A stretch of DNA of 64,000 nt. Origin: Akkermansiaceae bacterium (GTDB lineage: Bacteria > Verrucomicrobiota > Verrucomicrobiia > Verrucomicrobiales > Akkermansiaceae). The first letter of the stretch is position 1; each line of letters opens with the position of its first letter. The DNA is taken from positions 1 through 64,000 of the forward strand of contig JBPOGF010000018.1 in NCBI GenBank assembly GCA_051251915.1, given 5' to 3'. Shown piece after piece: positions 19,701-29,003 of this stretch. A program made the translations under genes and the position numbers. Under the pieces are notes generated by a model. That model was given only the letters and a program-made list of their open reading frames with translations. It made no database searches and was not told where the DNA came from.

Positions 19701-20890
19701 AATTCATCGGCATCATTTTCTAGTAGGTCTAGGATGTCTGGTGCGGCTTCGCGGACGGTCATTTTAGCGGCGTGTTCTAGGGCGGCTATTCTGACTCTCC
19801 AGCGGCTGTCTTTGAGTAGTTTGACAATTTCTAGGGAGTCATTTTTGGAGGGGTTTTTCTTAGTGCCGATTGAAGGCATTAGTCCGTTAGAGTCGTCTAC
19901 TCCCATGAGTGTTCCCATGGCTCCGATGGAGGCGATGACGAGGTCTTCGTCTGGGTGGGTGAGGAATGATCTGACGATTTCAAGGGATTTGGGGTCGCTG
20001 ATGTCTTTGAGGTTTTTGAGGGCGACGTGGATGACATTGATGTCGGTTTCGCGTTTGAGTTGGTCTGTGATGAAGGGGAGGACTTGGACACCGCCTACGG
20101 TGAGGATGGCGTCTACGGCTGTTTCGCGGGTGAGCGGGTCTTGGTCATCTACGTAGTCGCGGATGATGGGGATGGTGATGACGCCGAGGTTTTTGAGGCC
20201 GGCGAGGGCGATGAGTTTTTGGTCGCGGTTTCCTTTGACGAGGTCGCGGGCTAGTTGGCTGGCGTTGTTTTGGGCGGTTTTGATGAGGACTAGTTCGTAC
20301 TGAGCTTGTTTGAGCTGGGCGATTTTGGCGGCGTTTAGGGTGGGGTTCTTGAGGATGAATTGTTGGATGGCGGCGACGGCGTTGAAGTTGTCGCCTTCTA
20401 ACATGCGGGTGGCTCTGGTGATTTTGGAGCGGTTGTCTGAGATGAGTTGTTGGATGTAGGTTTGGATTTTTTCTGGGCTGAGGCTTGCTGATTTTTGCTC
20501 GGCGAGGAGGGAGGTGTTGTTTGCCCAGGTGGTCCACATTTCTAGTGGTTCTTGGTTGGTGTCATCGGTGGGGTTGAGCCAGGCGTTGTAGCTGTAGTCG
20601 CCGCCTGAGGCGTCTTCTAGGAGTTCGATGGCACCTAGTCTGGTGGAGAGTTGGGGGTGGGTGAGGAGGGTGACGAGTTGCTTTTTGGGGAAGTGTTTGC
20701 GTTTTTTGAGGGCGGTTTCTATGTGGGGGCGTTTTTCTGTGTCGGCTAGGTTGGTCATTGCTTGGGCCCATTGCTCTGGGGTGGCGCTATCTGATGTGAT
20801 GGCGTCTAGGAGCTGTTCGTCAGCTTGGGCATAGGTGTGAGTGATGCTCAGGGTGATGAGGGCGCAGGCGATGATGAGGAAGCGTTTCAC
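16799..20890 (-). CDS. Exported HEAT-repeat protein fused to a thioredoxin-like CxxC domain and a CcdA/DsbD-type TM domain
   Basis: Signal peptide and HEAT-like repeats (DSRWRVRIAAL, DPHPDVRAAL), then GCKKC, then a TM domain with DGINPCAF and LELACTGQVY. Confidence 0.75.
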   Translation of the reverse strand: MKRFLIIACALITLSITHTYAQADEQLLDAITSDSATPEQWAQAMTNLADTEKRPHIETALKKRKHFPKKQLVTLLTHPQLSTRLGAIELLEDASGGDYSYNAWLNPTDDTNQEPLEMWTTWANNTSLLAEQKSASLSPEKIQTYIQQLISDNRSKITRATRMLEGDNFNAVAAIQQFILKNPTLNAAKIAQLKQAQYELVLIKTAQNNASQLARDLVKGNRDQKLIALAGLKNLGVITIPIIRDYVDDQDPLTRETAVDAILTVGGVQVLPFITDQLKRETDINVIHVALKNLKDISDPKSLEIVRSFLTHPDEDLVIASIGAMGTLMGVDDSNGLMPSIGTKKNPSKNDSLEIVKLLKDSRWRVRIAALEHAAKMTVREAAPDILDLLENDADEFVRHNAIKTAVSLKLTEAKPLLMKLYKSNDDMVPSLTEAIISLDSTLPTDLLDHLKTRDADIIIPSLKAFSASTPNTLHALIHFANSNDIDIACAALRYLSDDEDKTKQAMVANTLTDAITSKNTEKISAILNSLDIPANNSTSPALRYLNNTTTNSTASNRPTNTSLDALYNHFLLPGGKPVLPDSIDSSNAATSTGGITNLVNTIYDLAKSQPSTEQSFKIALLLTKAGDKRGLALIDGNVSEMPISKRAALAEALYNPRQQKSVPIILALLQDPSKDIRTKAISAAFRNENNKVLIHSALNALLQKDTKITGADAYSYSTDNAAGDASTRTMFHQWCTEQLNKPELNDQTKILSLVLLRKMATSSDNELISSFTTNINPWVRRAAWHTLGTINSSWYEENISKLLADPHPDVRAALADCHTRAGSAWNFIFSDTETRGDSSYYSNKNNRRISEKIEAALQEMAKSDTSPKNRFEAMFTLLSHSRTINLQRFINHIPQQGKESDVTYRLSNYVQSNYARMGKGMRPLLAYVDFNRISKSYHSRINQHFGTDSTSDKNSGAGFTTFNALAKTSDASEEPQHLTTPEDDQNTAKREKLVIIFFEKTGCKKCLEVETYLKNLKQDFPLLEINRQLVDSSDGLLLNNHLSNKLQVPANQIGKAPAIYTSHGYLVGTYINPRDLAKLLADTMATPEQPDWHSLEKEADIQLAKQAVDKSYSDLTLPIVIAGGLLDGINPCAFATIIFFLSYLTIAKRSAKEIFFVGFAFILAVFLSYLSFGLLFSKALEWLTANTSYQWIRSALNYIFAGFSLLVAILSLRDWWRARQGRLQDMTLQLPSFLKNKIRSVIRENSKSSLYILAAFGSGIAISVLELACTGQVYAPIIYKINEGNQDAVTMLVIYNLAFVLPLIIIFALAMGGMKSNALINFQKNHTSKIKLLTAILFFALAAILLFSTQLSAWAESFYPSL

Positions 20891-20923
20891 GGTGACGGTG
20901 ACGGTGACGGTGTGATGGTTTTC

Positions 20924-21589
20924 TTAGTGGAGTAGCGCGTAGGCGACGATGTTTGCGTTGATTCGAACCGAATCATTGATTTCATCTCCGCCTCAACAAC
21001 AACAGCCTTCGGTGTTTGGGGTGTCGTTTAGGCCATCTGCGGTGTAGCAGACGACGAGTTTGTCGTTGAGGGTGATGCCTTGGAGGGTGGAGGTTTTGCC
21101 GGATTTACATTTTAGTTCTTTGATGGTGAAGATGGTTTTGAAGAGGGCGTGATCTTGCGGGATGTCTTTTAGGGTGTCTTTATCGAAGATGCGCTTGATT
21201 TCGCGGCTGAATGCGGTGGCCCAGGTCTCATCTGAGCAGGAAGGGGATGCTAGGAGGAAGCCGCCGTTGTTGAGGTATTTCTTGAGGTTTTCTCGCTCTT
21301 TGGTGGTGAGGGAGAAGTCTCCGGTGCCGGTCATGATGACGAAGGGGAACTTGAAGAGTTCGTCAGAAGACATTTTGACGGCTTTGAACCGGCGCTCTGT
21401 GGTGATACTGGTTTTTTGCTGGACGGTGGTTAGGAATTCATCGCTGAAGCACTCGGATGTTTTGGTGCCTGCGTAGATGAGGTTGGCGCATTGGACTGCG
21501 CCTTCTTTGGCGGATGCTGCGCTGATAAGGATCGCCGAAAGGGTGGTTAGGGCGAGGTGTTTTGTTAGATTTATGATTTTTGTTTTCAT
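20924..21589 (-). CDS. DUF4159 family protein, probable selenoprotein (in-frame TGA at 20995-20993)
   Basis: Motifs FPFVIMTG and YLNNGGFLLA. After EGCCC-TGA the frame continues as GGDEINDSVRINANIVAYALLH-TAA, which resembles the usual DUF4159 C-terminal helix. Confidence 0.75.
20959..20975 (-). promoter_or_regulatory. Putative bacterial SECIS hairpin
   Basis: TGATTCG-GTT-CGAATCA: perfect 7-bp stem starting 18 nt after the in-frame UGA, with a G-leading loop. Confidence 0.6.
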
Positions 21590-21690
21590 GAGGTTTGGAT
21601 GGCTGCGCCATGTCATTGGTCAGAGGTCATTTGTCATTGGTCTTGGTTGATGAAACGATCCTGGTTGATGAAACGGCTTGGTTGATGTTG

Positions 21691-24525
21691 TTATTCTTTG
21701 GGTTCTGGGTCGGTGTAGAAGCGTTTTATGGCGTCTTTGTATTTGTTTGGGATGTTGGTGCGGGTTGCTTGGGAGGTTTGGTTGGTTCTTTTTTGTTTGG
21801 ATTCTATTGAGTTGTTTTCGGAGACTTTGGATTGTTGTTGGGATTGTTTTCCTTTGGGGTTGTTGCTTTGGCTAGAGCCTAGGCCGATGCTGGGGTCGGA
21901 GAATTTGGATCGGTCTGGGCCGAACATGGGGGTGTTTTGGTTGCGGAGTAGTTGGCCGCCGCCACCGGCTCCGGCACCTCCTTCACCTAGTTGACCACCG
22001 CCTCCACCGCCACCGCCTTGGCCTTCTCCTTGGCCTTCGTTTTTGTTGTGGAGGGCATTGAGGAGTTGTTTCATGGTTTCGTGGAGTTCTTCGTTGGTTT
22101 TATCTTTAGGGAGTTTATTTCTTAGGAGTTCTGCGAAGAGGTTATTTTCCATGTCTACTAGTTGCTGCATGAGTGAGTAGGCTAGGAAGGCGTTGTCTGC
22201 GGCGTCGTGGGATTTGCCGAGTTGGGCGGAGAGGGTGACTGTGTCCATGGGGTCTGGGATGTTTAGCTCGGCGAGTTTTTCTAGCCAGATTGTTACGTCT
22301 GCTTGGAGGGGGGCGTGTTCTGGGGGGAGGTCAGCGGCGGCTTTTTTGAGGTCTTTGGCGAATTTGAGGAGGAGGGTTTTGTTTTTCTTTTGGGTGTTGC
22401 CGAGGGTGTTGATGCGTTGGGCGTTTCGGTTTATGCCTTTTTGGAGTTCTTTGGCGATGTTGGTGATGCGGGATGCGATGGATTGTTGGTTGTTGAGGAG
22501 CTTTTTGAAGATGGCGGCTTGTTGTGCGACTTCGCCCCAGCCTTTGAGGTCGTTGGCTTGTTTTTCTAGGCGTTGGGCTTTTTCTAGTGAGGCACCTAGG
22601 CGGTCTGTCATTTCTTTGATCTCTTCTGCATTGGGGATTTCACCGGAATCGAAGCGCATGCCTTGGAGTTGGCCGTGGTTGGTTATGAGTTTTTCGGCGA
22701 TTTCCATGGCGGTATCGGTTAGGGCTGCTTCTAGTTGGTAGGCTTCAAAGTCTTCGCCAATTTTGCGGGCCATGAGGTGTGATGTTAGGTGGGTTTTGAT
22801 GGCTGCATCGCGGGCTTGGTCGAAGTTTTTGGCTTGGTTTTCTTTGTTGGCTTCGTTGAGGGTGCGTAGTGATTTGACGGCGTTTCTGATGGCTTCAGCG
22901 AGGACTTTGTAGCGGATGTTGAATTCTTTGAGTTCGGATGCGTTGCGGAGGCTTTGGGCGTAGTCTTCTTCTGAGATGATCTTGACGCGGACGACGTCTG
23001 ATGAGCCGACGCCGAGGAGGGATGGGTTTTTGTCGTTGGCTTCGATGTAGAATTCTAGGACTTGGTCTTTTTCGACTCCGAGGGATTTGAGGTCTAGGGT
23101 TTGGGTGAAGTCGTATTGTTGGCGGCTGACGGTGTTGGCGAGTTGTTTGGCGCGGTCTCGGAAGCCTACGAGGGTTCTTACGAGGTAGACGGAGTCGATT
23201 TCGTAGTCGTCTTCTACGACTCCTGTTAGAGGGATGTTAGAGCTGGGTGTGGCGAGGACGTATCTGGCTGGGGAGATGAGTTCTGCGGCGGGAGCAAGGT
23301 CGGCGCGGGTGATGACGGCGAACTCTAGGGGTGCGGCTGAGGGGGTGTTGCGGATGTCTTGGATGAGGCAGGAGATGGATGTGCTGTTGTTGGCTGTCCA
23401 GTCGAATGTGACTTGGTTTTGGTTTTGAGTTTGATTTTGGGTGGTTGTGATGGGGTTGGCGTTGATGATGTTTTCTTTGATGGATGCAGTTGATTGATTT
23501 TCTGATTCGGTGATGGGTTTTACGGTGAGTTCTCCACCGGAGAGTGGTCTGTTAGAGGTGATGGAGAGGGAGATGTTAGAGCCGGTGATGACGTTGATTT
23601 CGTTTCCTTCGAGGGGGAATTCTTTGGTGGGTTGTTTGGTGTAGGCTGGTGGGGTGATTTTGATGGTGGCGGTGGTGAACTTGGGCTGGAGGACGACGCT
23701 GATGGAGTGCCATGGGCTGCGTGCTTTTCCGGTGGCGAAGGAGAATTCGATGTCGTGGAGGATGTTGGTGAATTTTTTGGAGAAGGTGTTGGTGGATTCT
23801 TGGTAGGTGTTGATGGTTTCTATTTCTCCTGTGTTTTTGTCTCTGATGTGGCAGATGACTTCTGCGTCTTTTTCTAGTTCTGCGCCGGTGATTTTTACGC
23901 GGACTTGGTTGTCTCCGCCGTAGACGGTGCTGGGGGATTGCTGGGTGATGTTGAAGATGAGGGGTGAGTAGGGTGGGATGTCTTGGGATGGGTGGAGGAG
24001 GCGCTGGGTGACGGTGTCGTAGGCGGCGGGGTGGAGGGAGCGGATTCCGAAGCCGATGGCTAGGAGGGTGAGGAGGGCTAGGGCTGTTAGGGTGATGTTT
24101 TTGAGGGGGATCTTTTTCTTGAGGGGGATGGTGAGGATGTCGGTGGCGGCTGTTTCCTGGGCTTCTTGGCTGAGGTATTGGTGGAGGGGGGTGGGGGATT
24201 CTTGGTGTGAGAGATCGTAGGCTGCGCGGATGTTATTTGATTTGTTAGATGGGTTCAGGTTGGCGGAGTCTGCGAGTGAGGAGAGCTGGGCGTGGGTGGT
24301 TCTGAGGGCTCGGTAGATGGTGTAGAGGGCGGCGAGGATGCCGGCGGCGATGATGAGTTTGTTGAGGATGGATCTGGCGGAGTTGCTGAGTGCCCAGATG
24401 GAGTCTGCTAGGCCGTAGAGGATGATGGTGATGACAAGTATGGCGGCAAGCAGGAGCAGGGTCTTGAGGCAGTAGCCGATGACCCATGTGCGTTTGTAGC
24501 TTGAGATTGCTTGTTGGAAGTTCAT
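21691..24525 (-). CDS. Membrane-anchored Ig-like/coiled-coil protein of the MoxR operon (DUF4175-like)
   Basis: N-terminal TM segments, EDDYEI motif, long helical region, Gly-rich tail ending IPNKYKDAIKRFY. Confidence 0.65.
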   Translation of the reverse strand: MNFQQAISSYKRTWVIGYCLKTLLLLAAILVITIILYGLADSIWALSNSARSILNKLIIAAGILAALYTIYRALRTTHAQLSSLADSANLNPSNKSNNIRAAYDLSHQESPTPLHQYLSQEAQETAATDILTIPLKKKIPLKNITLTALALLTLLAIGFGIRSLHPAAYDTVTQRLLHPSQDIPPYSPLIFNITQQSPSTVYGGDNQVRVKITGAELEKDAEVICHIRDKNTGEIETINTYQESTNTFSKKFTNILHDIEFSFATGKARSPWHSISVVLQPKFTTATIKITPPAYTKQPTKEFPLEGNEINVITGSNISLSITSNRPLSGGELTVKPITESENQSTASIKENIINANPITTTQNQTQNQNQVTFDWTANNSTSISCLIQDIRNTPSAAPLEFAVITRADLAPAAELISPARYVLATPSSNIPLTGVVEDDYEIDSVYLVRTLVGFRDRAKQLANTVSRQQYDFTQTLDLKSLGVEKDQVLEFYIEANDKNPSLLGVGSSDVVRVKIISEEDYAQSLRNASELKEFNIRYKVLAEAIRNAVKSLRTLNEANKENQAKNFDQARDAAIKTHLTSHLMARKIGEDFEAYQLEAALTDTAMEIAEKLITNHGQLQGMRFDSGEIPNAEEIKEMTDRLGASLEKAQRLEKQANDLKGWGEVAQQAAIFKKLLNNQQSIASRITNIAKELQKGINRNAQRINTLGNTQKKNKTLLLKFAKDLKKAAADLPPEHAPLQADVTIWLEKLAELNIPDPMDTVTLSAQLGKSHDAADNAFLAYSLMQQLVDMENNLFAELLRNKLPKDKTNEELHETMKQLLNALHNKNEGQGEGQGGGGGGGGQLGEGGAGAGGGGQLLRNQNTPMFGPDRSKFSDPSIGLGSSQSNNPKGKQSQQQSKVSENNSIESKQKRTNQTSQATRTNIPNKYKDAIKRFYTDPEPKE

Positions 24526-24702
24526 TGTGTTATTCTGGTGCGCCTGATGTTTTGTGAAAATTAGAATCTGTTCTGACTCTCTGGAAGCAAGAAGCAGGAA
24601 GCGAGGAGCAACGATTTCGCTTGTTTTTTGTTTGGCTTAGTTTGAGAGTTAGGATCATGAACTGTGATTCGTTTAAGTATAGAATATCATTCTGTTAGAA
24701 TT

Positions 24703-26916
24703 TTAGATGAGGCCGTTTCTTCTTCTGAGCCACCAGTCTGCGGAGAGGAGGGTGAGTAGGATGAGTGGGGTGAACCATTTTAGCCAGCTTGATTGCCAGA
24801 TGGTTTCGGTCTTGGAGATTTGGGTGTTTTGGGTGCTGAATTGGTTGGTGATGAAGGTGGGGAATTCTTCAGGGGTAAGGATTTTTCCGCCGGTGGACTC
24901 GCAGAGTTCTTTGAGGAAGGTGGGGTCTGGGTTGAGGTTGTCCATTTCTGTGGGTGGTTTGTTGACGGTGAAATTTATGACGGGGGATGGGGATGAGTCG
25001 TCTGTGATGAGAGTGGCGGTGTAGGAGCCGGGGGTGGTGGGGATGTAGGAGCATTTCCAGGTGGGCTTGCCGGCTGAGGGGGTGGAGGAGGCTGGGGTGA
25101 TGGTGGTGGTGGGGTCTGTGTTAGAATCTAGGCTGGTGATTTCTACTGTTGGTTTGGGTGGGGTGGTGGTTGAGTTGTTAGAGCCACGGTAGCCTAGGGA
25201 GAAGACGATGGGGTCTGTTAGGTTGATGGATTGGTTAGAGGCGTGGAGTGAGTAGTCGTGGCCAGGGAGGAATTCTGAGTAGGCGACGACCCATTGGATG
25301 AGTTGGGTCCAGAATTCTTGGTACATGTTGCCGAGCTCGCGGGCTTCTGGGTAGAAGTCCCATTTCCAGAGGCCGTCAGCATTGACGAGGGCGGTGGCGC
25401 CTTGGCCGTATCTTCTGACGAGGAGGAGGGGGAATTTGGCACGATTTCCGGGGAGGGAGCCTTCTGCGAGGACGCGGGTGAAGGGTTTGACGGAGTCTAC
25501 GTTGTGGGCGTCTTTGAGGGTGGGGAGGTCTTGCCAGACTTGGGAGTCTGGGGCGGGGAGTGCTCTGCCGAATAGGCCTGCGCTTTGGCCGTCTTCGGTG
25601 GGGGCGAGGGCGAAGGTGGAGGTGCTGCCGCTGGCCCAGTTGACGGGTTCGATGGTTTCTAGGGCGGGGAGTCTGCCTGAGTAGGGTTTGCCACGGGAGA
25701 AGAGGATGGCGCCGCCTTGGTCGCGGACGAAGGATTTTAGGGCTTCGATGCGGTCTTCTGTTAGAAAGTATTCTGAGTTTTTGCCGAAGATGATGAGGTC
25801 GTATTTGGAGAGTTTCTCTGGGGTGTCTGGGAAGACGTCATCGCTGGAGGCGGTGGGGTCTGACTGGCCGGAGTCGATTCTGAACCAGCGATCATCTCTG
25901 AGTCTGTGGACGGAGTGGACGTTCATGTGGCCTTGCTGGCGGAGGAGTTGGGCGAGGAATTTGGAGTCCCAGTAGGGGGCGCCTTCGGCGATGAATACGC
26001 GGGTTTTGGTGTGGAGGATGCGGGCGTTTATGAGGCATTGGTTGTTGTCGGTGATTTGCTCGTCTGGTTGTGGGGCGATGCGGAGTTTGTAGGTGGTTGA
26101 TTTCTCTGGTGCTTCGACGGAGAAGGTGTGGGCGATGGTTTTCTGTTCTGCTACCTCTAGTTTCTGGGTGGCGATTTGTTTGCCGGCTGAGTTTTCTAGG
26201 ATGAGGGCGATGGGTTTGGTGGGGAGGTGATGGTTTGTGATGATGGCGGTGATTTGGAGATTTTGTTTGGGGAATGCGGTGATGGTGTTGCGTGTGGTGG
26301 TGAGTTCTAGGTCCTTGCGGAGGACGTCTGCGCCGATGGAGAGGGCGTAGATGGGGGCGTTGTTGGCGCGTGACTGGAGGGCGAGGGTGGAGTTTTTGTT
26401 TAAGGATGTTTGGCGGCCATCGGTGAGGAGGATGATGGCTTCTGGAGAGTCTCCGCTGGCTTGGAGCTGGGTGAAGAGGTTGGAGCCTGCTTGGTGGATG
26501 TTAGAGTGGTTTCCGGTGGTGGTGAGTTGGTCTAGGGAGTCGATGGTTTTTACATCGTCAGAGAAGGAGAAGAGTTGGGTTTGGATGTTGTTGGATTTTG
26601 CTTGGGTGAGGATGAGGTTGGTGAGTTCCTTTGCGGTGTCTGATCTGGAGAGTTCTCCATTGAGGGTGGACATGGATACTGAGTCATCGATCATGATGGG
26701 GTAGATGCGCTCGTGTTGTTCTGATTTATCGACCCATTTGCCGGGGTTTAGCAGGAGGATGGCGATGGCGGAGAGGGCGAGGATGCGGAGGGTGATGAGG
26801 ATTTTACGCAGGCCGGATGGGGCGTGGTGGGTGGAACGCCAGGACGCGTAGATCCCTATTCCTAGTAGGATGACTAGGATTGGTATTAGGATGGGTAGAT
26901 CTAGGACTGGTTTCAT
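24703..26916 (-). CDS. vWA domain plus glutamine-amidotransferase-like membrane protein
   Basis: MIDAS motif DDSVSM, LLTDG, YDLIIFG, RRYGQG, C-terminal WWLRRRNGL. Confidence 0.8.
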   Translation of the reverse strand: MKPVLDLPILIPILVILLGIGIYASWRSTHHAPSGLRKILITLRILALSAIAILLLNPGKWVDKSEQHERIYPIMIDDSVSMSTLNGELSRSDTAKELTNLILTQAKSNNIQTQLFSFSDDVKTIDSLDQLTTTGNHSNIHQAGSNLFTQLQASGDSPEAIILLTDGRQTSLNKNSTLALQSRANNAPIYALSIGADVLRKDLELTTTRNTITAFPKQNLQITAIITNHHLPTKPIALILENSAGKQIATQKLEVAEQKTIAHTFSVEAPEKSTTYKLRIAPQPDEQITDNNQCLINARILHTKTRVFIAEGAPYWDSKFLAQLLRQQGHMNVHSVHRLRDDRWFRIDSGQSDPTASSDDVFPDTPEKLSKYDLIIFGKNSEYFLTEDRIEALKSFVRDQGGAILFSRGKPYSGRLPALETIEPVNWASGSTSTFALAPTEDGQSAGLFGRALPAPDSQVWQDLPTLKDAHNVDSVKPFTRVLAEGSLPGNRAKFPLLLVRRYGQGATALVNADGLWKWDFYPEARELGNMYQEFWTQLIQWVVAYSEFLPGHDYSLHASNQSINLTDPIVFSLGYRGSNNSTTTPPKPTVEITSLDSNTDPTTTITPASSTPSAGKPTWKCSYIPTTPGSYTATLITDDSSPSPVINFTVNKPPTEMDNLNPDPTFLKELCESTGGKILTPEEFPTFITNQFSTQNTQISKTETIWQSSWLKWFTPLILLTLLSADWWLRRRNGLI

Positions 26917-26919
26917 GGG

Positions 26920-28929
26920 TTAGGTGGAAATTTTCTTGGGAGTGGATGCTGCGAGGGCTTCTGCGATGAGGAGGATGAGGGTGGCTCCGACTAGCCATGG
27001 CCAGGTGGGGATGCCTTGGGCGAGGGCTTCTGCTCTGAGTATGTCTTCTTTGTGGGTGGTGTCTCCGGTGGGGATTTCATCTGGGCTGATGAGGGTGAGG
27101 TCTGATTCGCTGGTGGGGAAGTTTACGAATTGTTTGTGTGCGGCGCTGGCTCCGGTGAGCCATTGGTAGATACCGGGGGTGGCTGGGGTTTTGCTTTGGA
27201 GGGAGGTGCCTTGGGCGGTGTTGAAGATTTCGGTTTCTAGTTCTTGGCCGCTGGATGTTTTGAGTTTAAGGGTTTTTGCATCGATATTTTCTGGGACTAG
27301 CCAGTTGACTGGGGTTCCGGGTAGGAGTTCGTTTTGGATGGATGAGTCTGTGGGCTGGATGTTGAGGAGGAGTTCTGCCATGAAGGTGACGAAGGGTTCT
27401 TGGGAGATCCAGTCTGAGTGGTCTGGGTCAAATGTTAGGTTCCAGATGAGGCGTGAGGCGGATGATTTCTTGGTGATGATGATGGCTGGGATGTCGTCTG
27501 TGTAGTTGATGATGGCGGTGTTGTTCCACTGTGTGGGGAGCTCGTAGCGCTGGCGGAATGAGCCTTGGGCTGGGTTGCCGAATTCACCTGAGCTGAAGAT
27601 GGAGAAGACGGCGGCGGATTCTTTTGCCATGGCGGCTTTCCTGCCTTCGGGGTGGGTTGTTAGGTTGAGCTTGGCTTGGACTGGGGCGAGGTCTAGGAGT
27701 TGTTGGAGGGATGTTAGTGGGCAGTTGGTGGCGGGGCTGACGATGATGGATGTTCCGTTGTTAGAGAGTTCTGTCAGGTGGTCTATGTCTTGGCCGTTCC
27801 AGTGGTGGATGAATAGGACATCGCAGACGCCGGGGGTGGGGAGTTGGTCTGATGTGGTGTGGGTGAGCCAGGGGAGGGCGGCGGCTAGGCGGTTGAGGAT
27901 ATTGGTGGTGGAGGTGCTGGATGAATCTGAGATGGAGAGGAGTTTGAGGTTTTCGCGGACGGGGATGATGGTGTGGCGTTCGTCGTCTTCGCGGAACATG
28001 TCTTCTGTTAGGGTGGCGGTGACGGCGACGTCACCGGCGTGGGTGAACTGGGTGATGAATTCTGCTTCGGTTTGGCCGTTGGCGGGGATTTCGATTTGCT
28101 TGGATTGTCTGCCGCCGCCGGCGTTGAGGTAGATGGTGGTGGATTTGTCACTGTCTGAGTGGTTTTTGATGCGGGCGGTGATGGCTACGTTTTGGGAGCT
28201 GACTGGTGATGGGGGGAAGGTGGTGAGGGACTCGATGGCTATGTTTGGGAGGTTGGTTTTTCCTACGGGGATTTTGGTGAATTTGATGGATTCAGGGATG
28301 AAGATTTCTGCGTTTTGCCAGGGGAGTTTTTGGAAGTCTGAGATGAGGATGATTTCTCGGTTGCCGGTGACATTTTTGAGTTGGTCGATGGCGAGTTTAA
28401 TGGCTGGGGTGATGGCGCCTTGTTCTGGGGTGTGTTCGGTTTGTTGGAGTTTCTGGATGAGGAAGTCTAGGTTGGGGCCGGGGGCGGGGAAGATGCCGTC
28501 TGGGGTGGCGTTGATCCAGATGATGTTGGCGGCGTCTGGGTTGGTTTTGGAGATGATGGCGGCGGCTTCATTGCAGGCGGTTGAGAAGCGGGTGGTGGAG
28601 CTTTCTGAGGCGGCCATGGAGGCGGACTGGTCGATGATGAAGATGGTGGTTTTGTCTGTGTTGGCGAGTGAGTGGGCGGCTTTGGAGACGAGTAGGGGCT
28701 GGAGGAATGCGAAGATGAGTGCGGCTGCTGCGAGGGTGCGTAGGATGAGGACTAGACGGTCTTTTGGTTTGCGGTAGCGGCTGGATTTCTTGATGATGTT
28801 TTTTAGGAATGTGATGTCTGAGAATTTGTGTTCTGGTGGTCTGCTCTTGGCTAGTAGGTGCACAAGGAATGGGATGATAGCGAGTGCTAGCAGCCAGATG
28901 AGTGCGGGGTTATTTAGGAAGAGGTTCAT
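26920..28929 (-). CDS. BatA-domain plus vWA membrane protein
   Basis: N-terminal BatA motif (IPFLVHLL...F..ITFL), MIDAS motif DQSASM, LISDFQ. Confidence 0.8.
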   Translation of the reverse strand: MNLFLNNPALIWLLALAIIPFLVHLLAKSRPPEHKFSDITFLKNIIKKSSRYRKPKDRLVLILRTLAAAALIFAFLQPLLVSKAAHSLANTDKTTIFIIDQSASMAASESSTTRFSTACNEAAAIISKTNPDAANIIWINATPDGIFPAPGPNLDFLIQKLQQTEHTPEQGAITPAIKLAIDQLKNVTGNREIILISDFQKLPWQNAEIFIPESIKFTKIPVGKTNLPNIAIESLTTFPPSPVSSQNVAITARIKNHSDSDKSTTIYLNAGGGRQSKQIEIPANGQTEAEFITQFTHAGDVAVTATLTEDMFREDDERHTIIPVRENLKLLSISDSSSTSTTNILNRLAAALPWLTHTTSDQLPTPGVCDVLFIHHWNGQDIDHLTELSNNGTSIIVSPATNCPLTSLQQLLDLAPVQAKLNLTTHPEGRKAAMAKESAAVFSIFSSGEFGNPAQGSFRQRYELPTQWNNTAIINYTDDIPAIIITKKSSASRLIWNLTFDPDHSDWISQEPFVTFMAELLLNIQPTDSSIQNELLPGTPVNWLVPENIDAKTLKLKTSSGQELETEIFNTAQGTSLQSKTPATPGIYQWLTGASAAHKQFVNFPTSESDLTLISPDEIPTGDTTHKEDILRAEALAQGIPTWPWLVGATLILLIAEALAASTPKKIST

Positions 28930-29003
28930 TGAGTATTGATTATTTTACTTGGGTTGATGGTGGCTTGGGTTGGGGGGAGGTTGGAGACCTCGGGCATGAT
29001 GGG

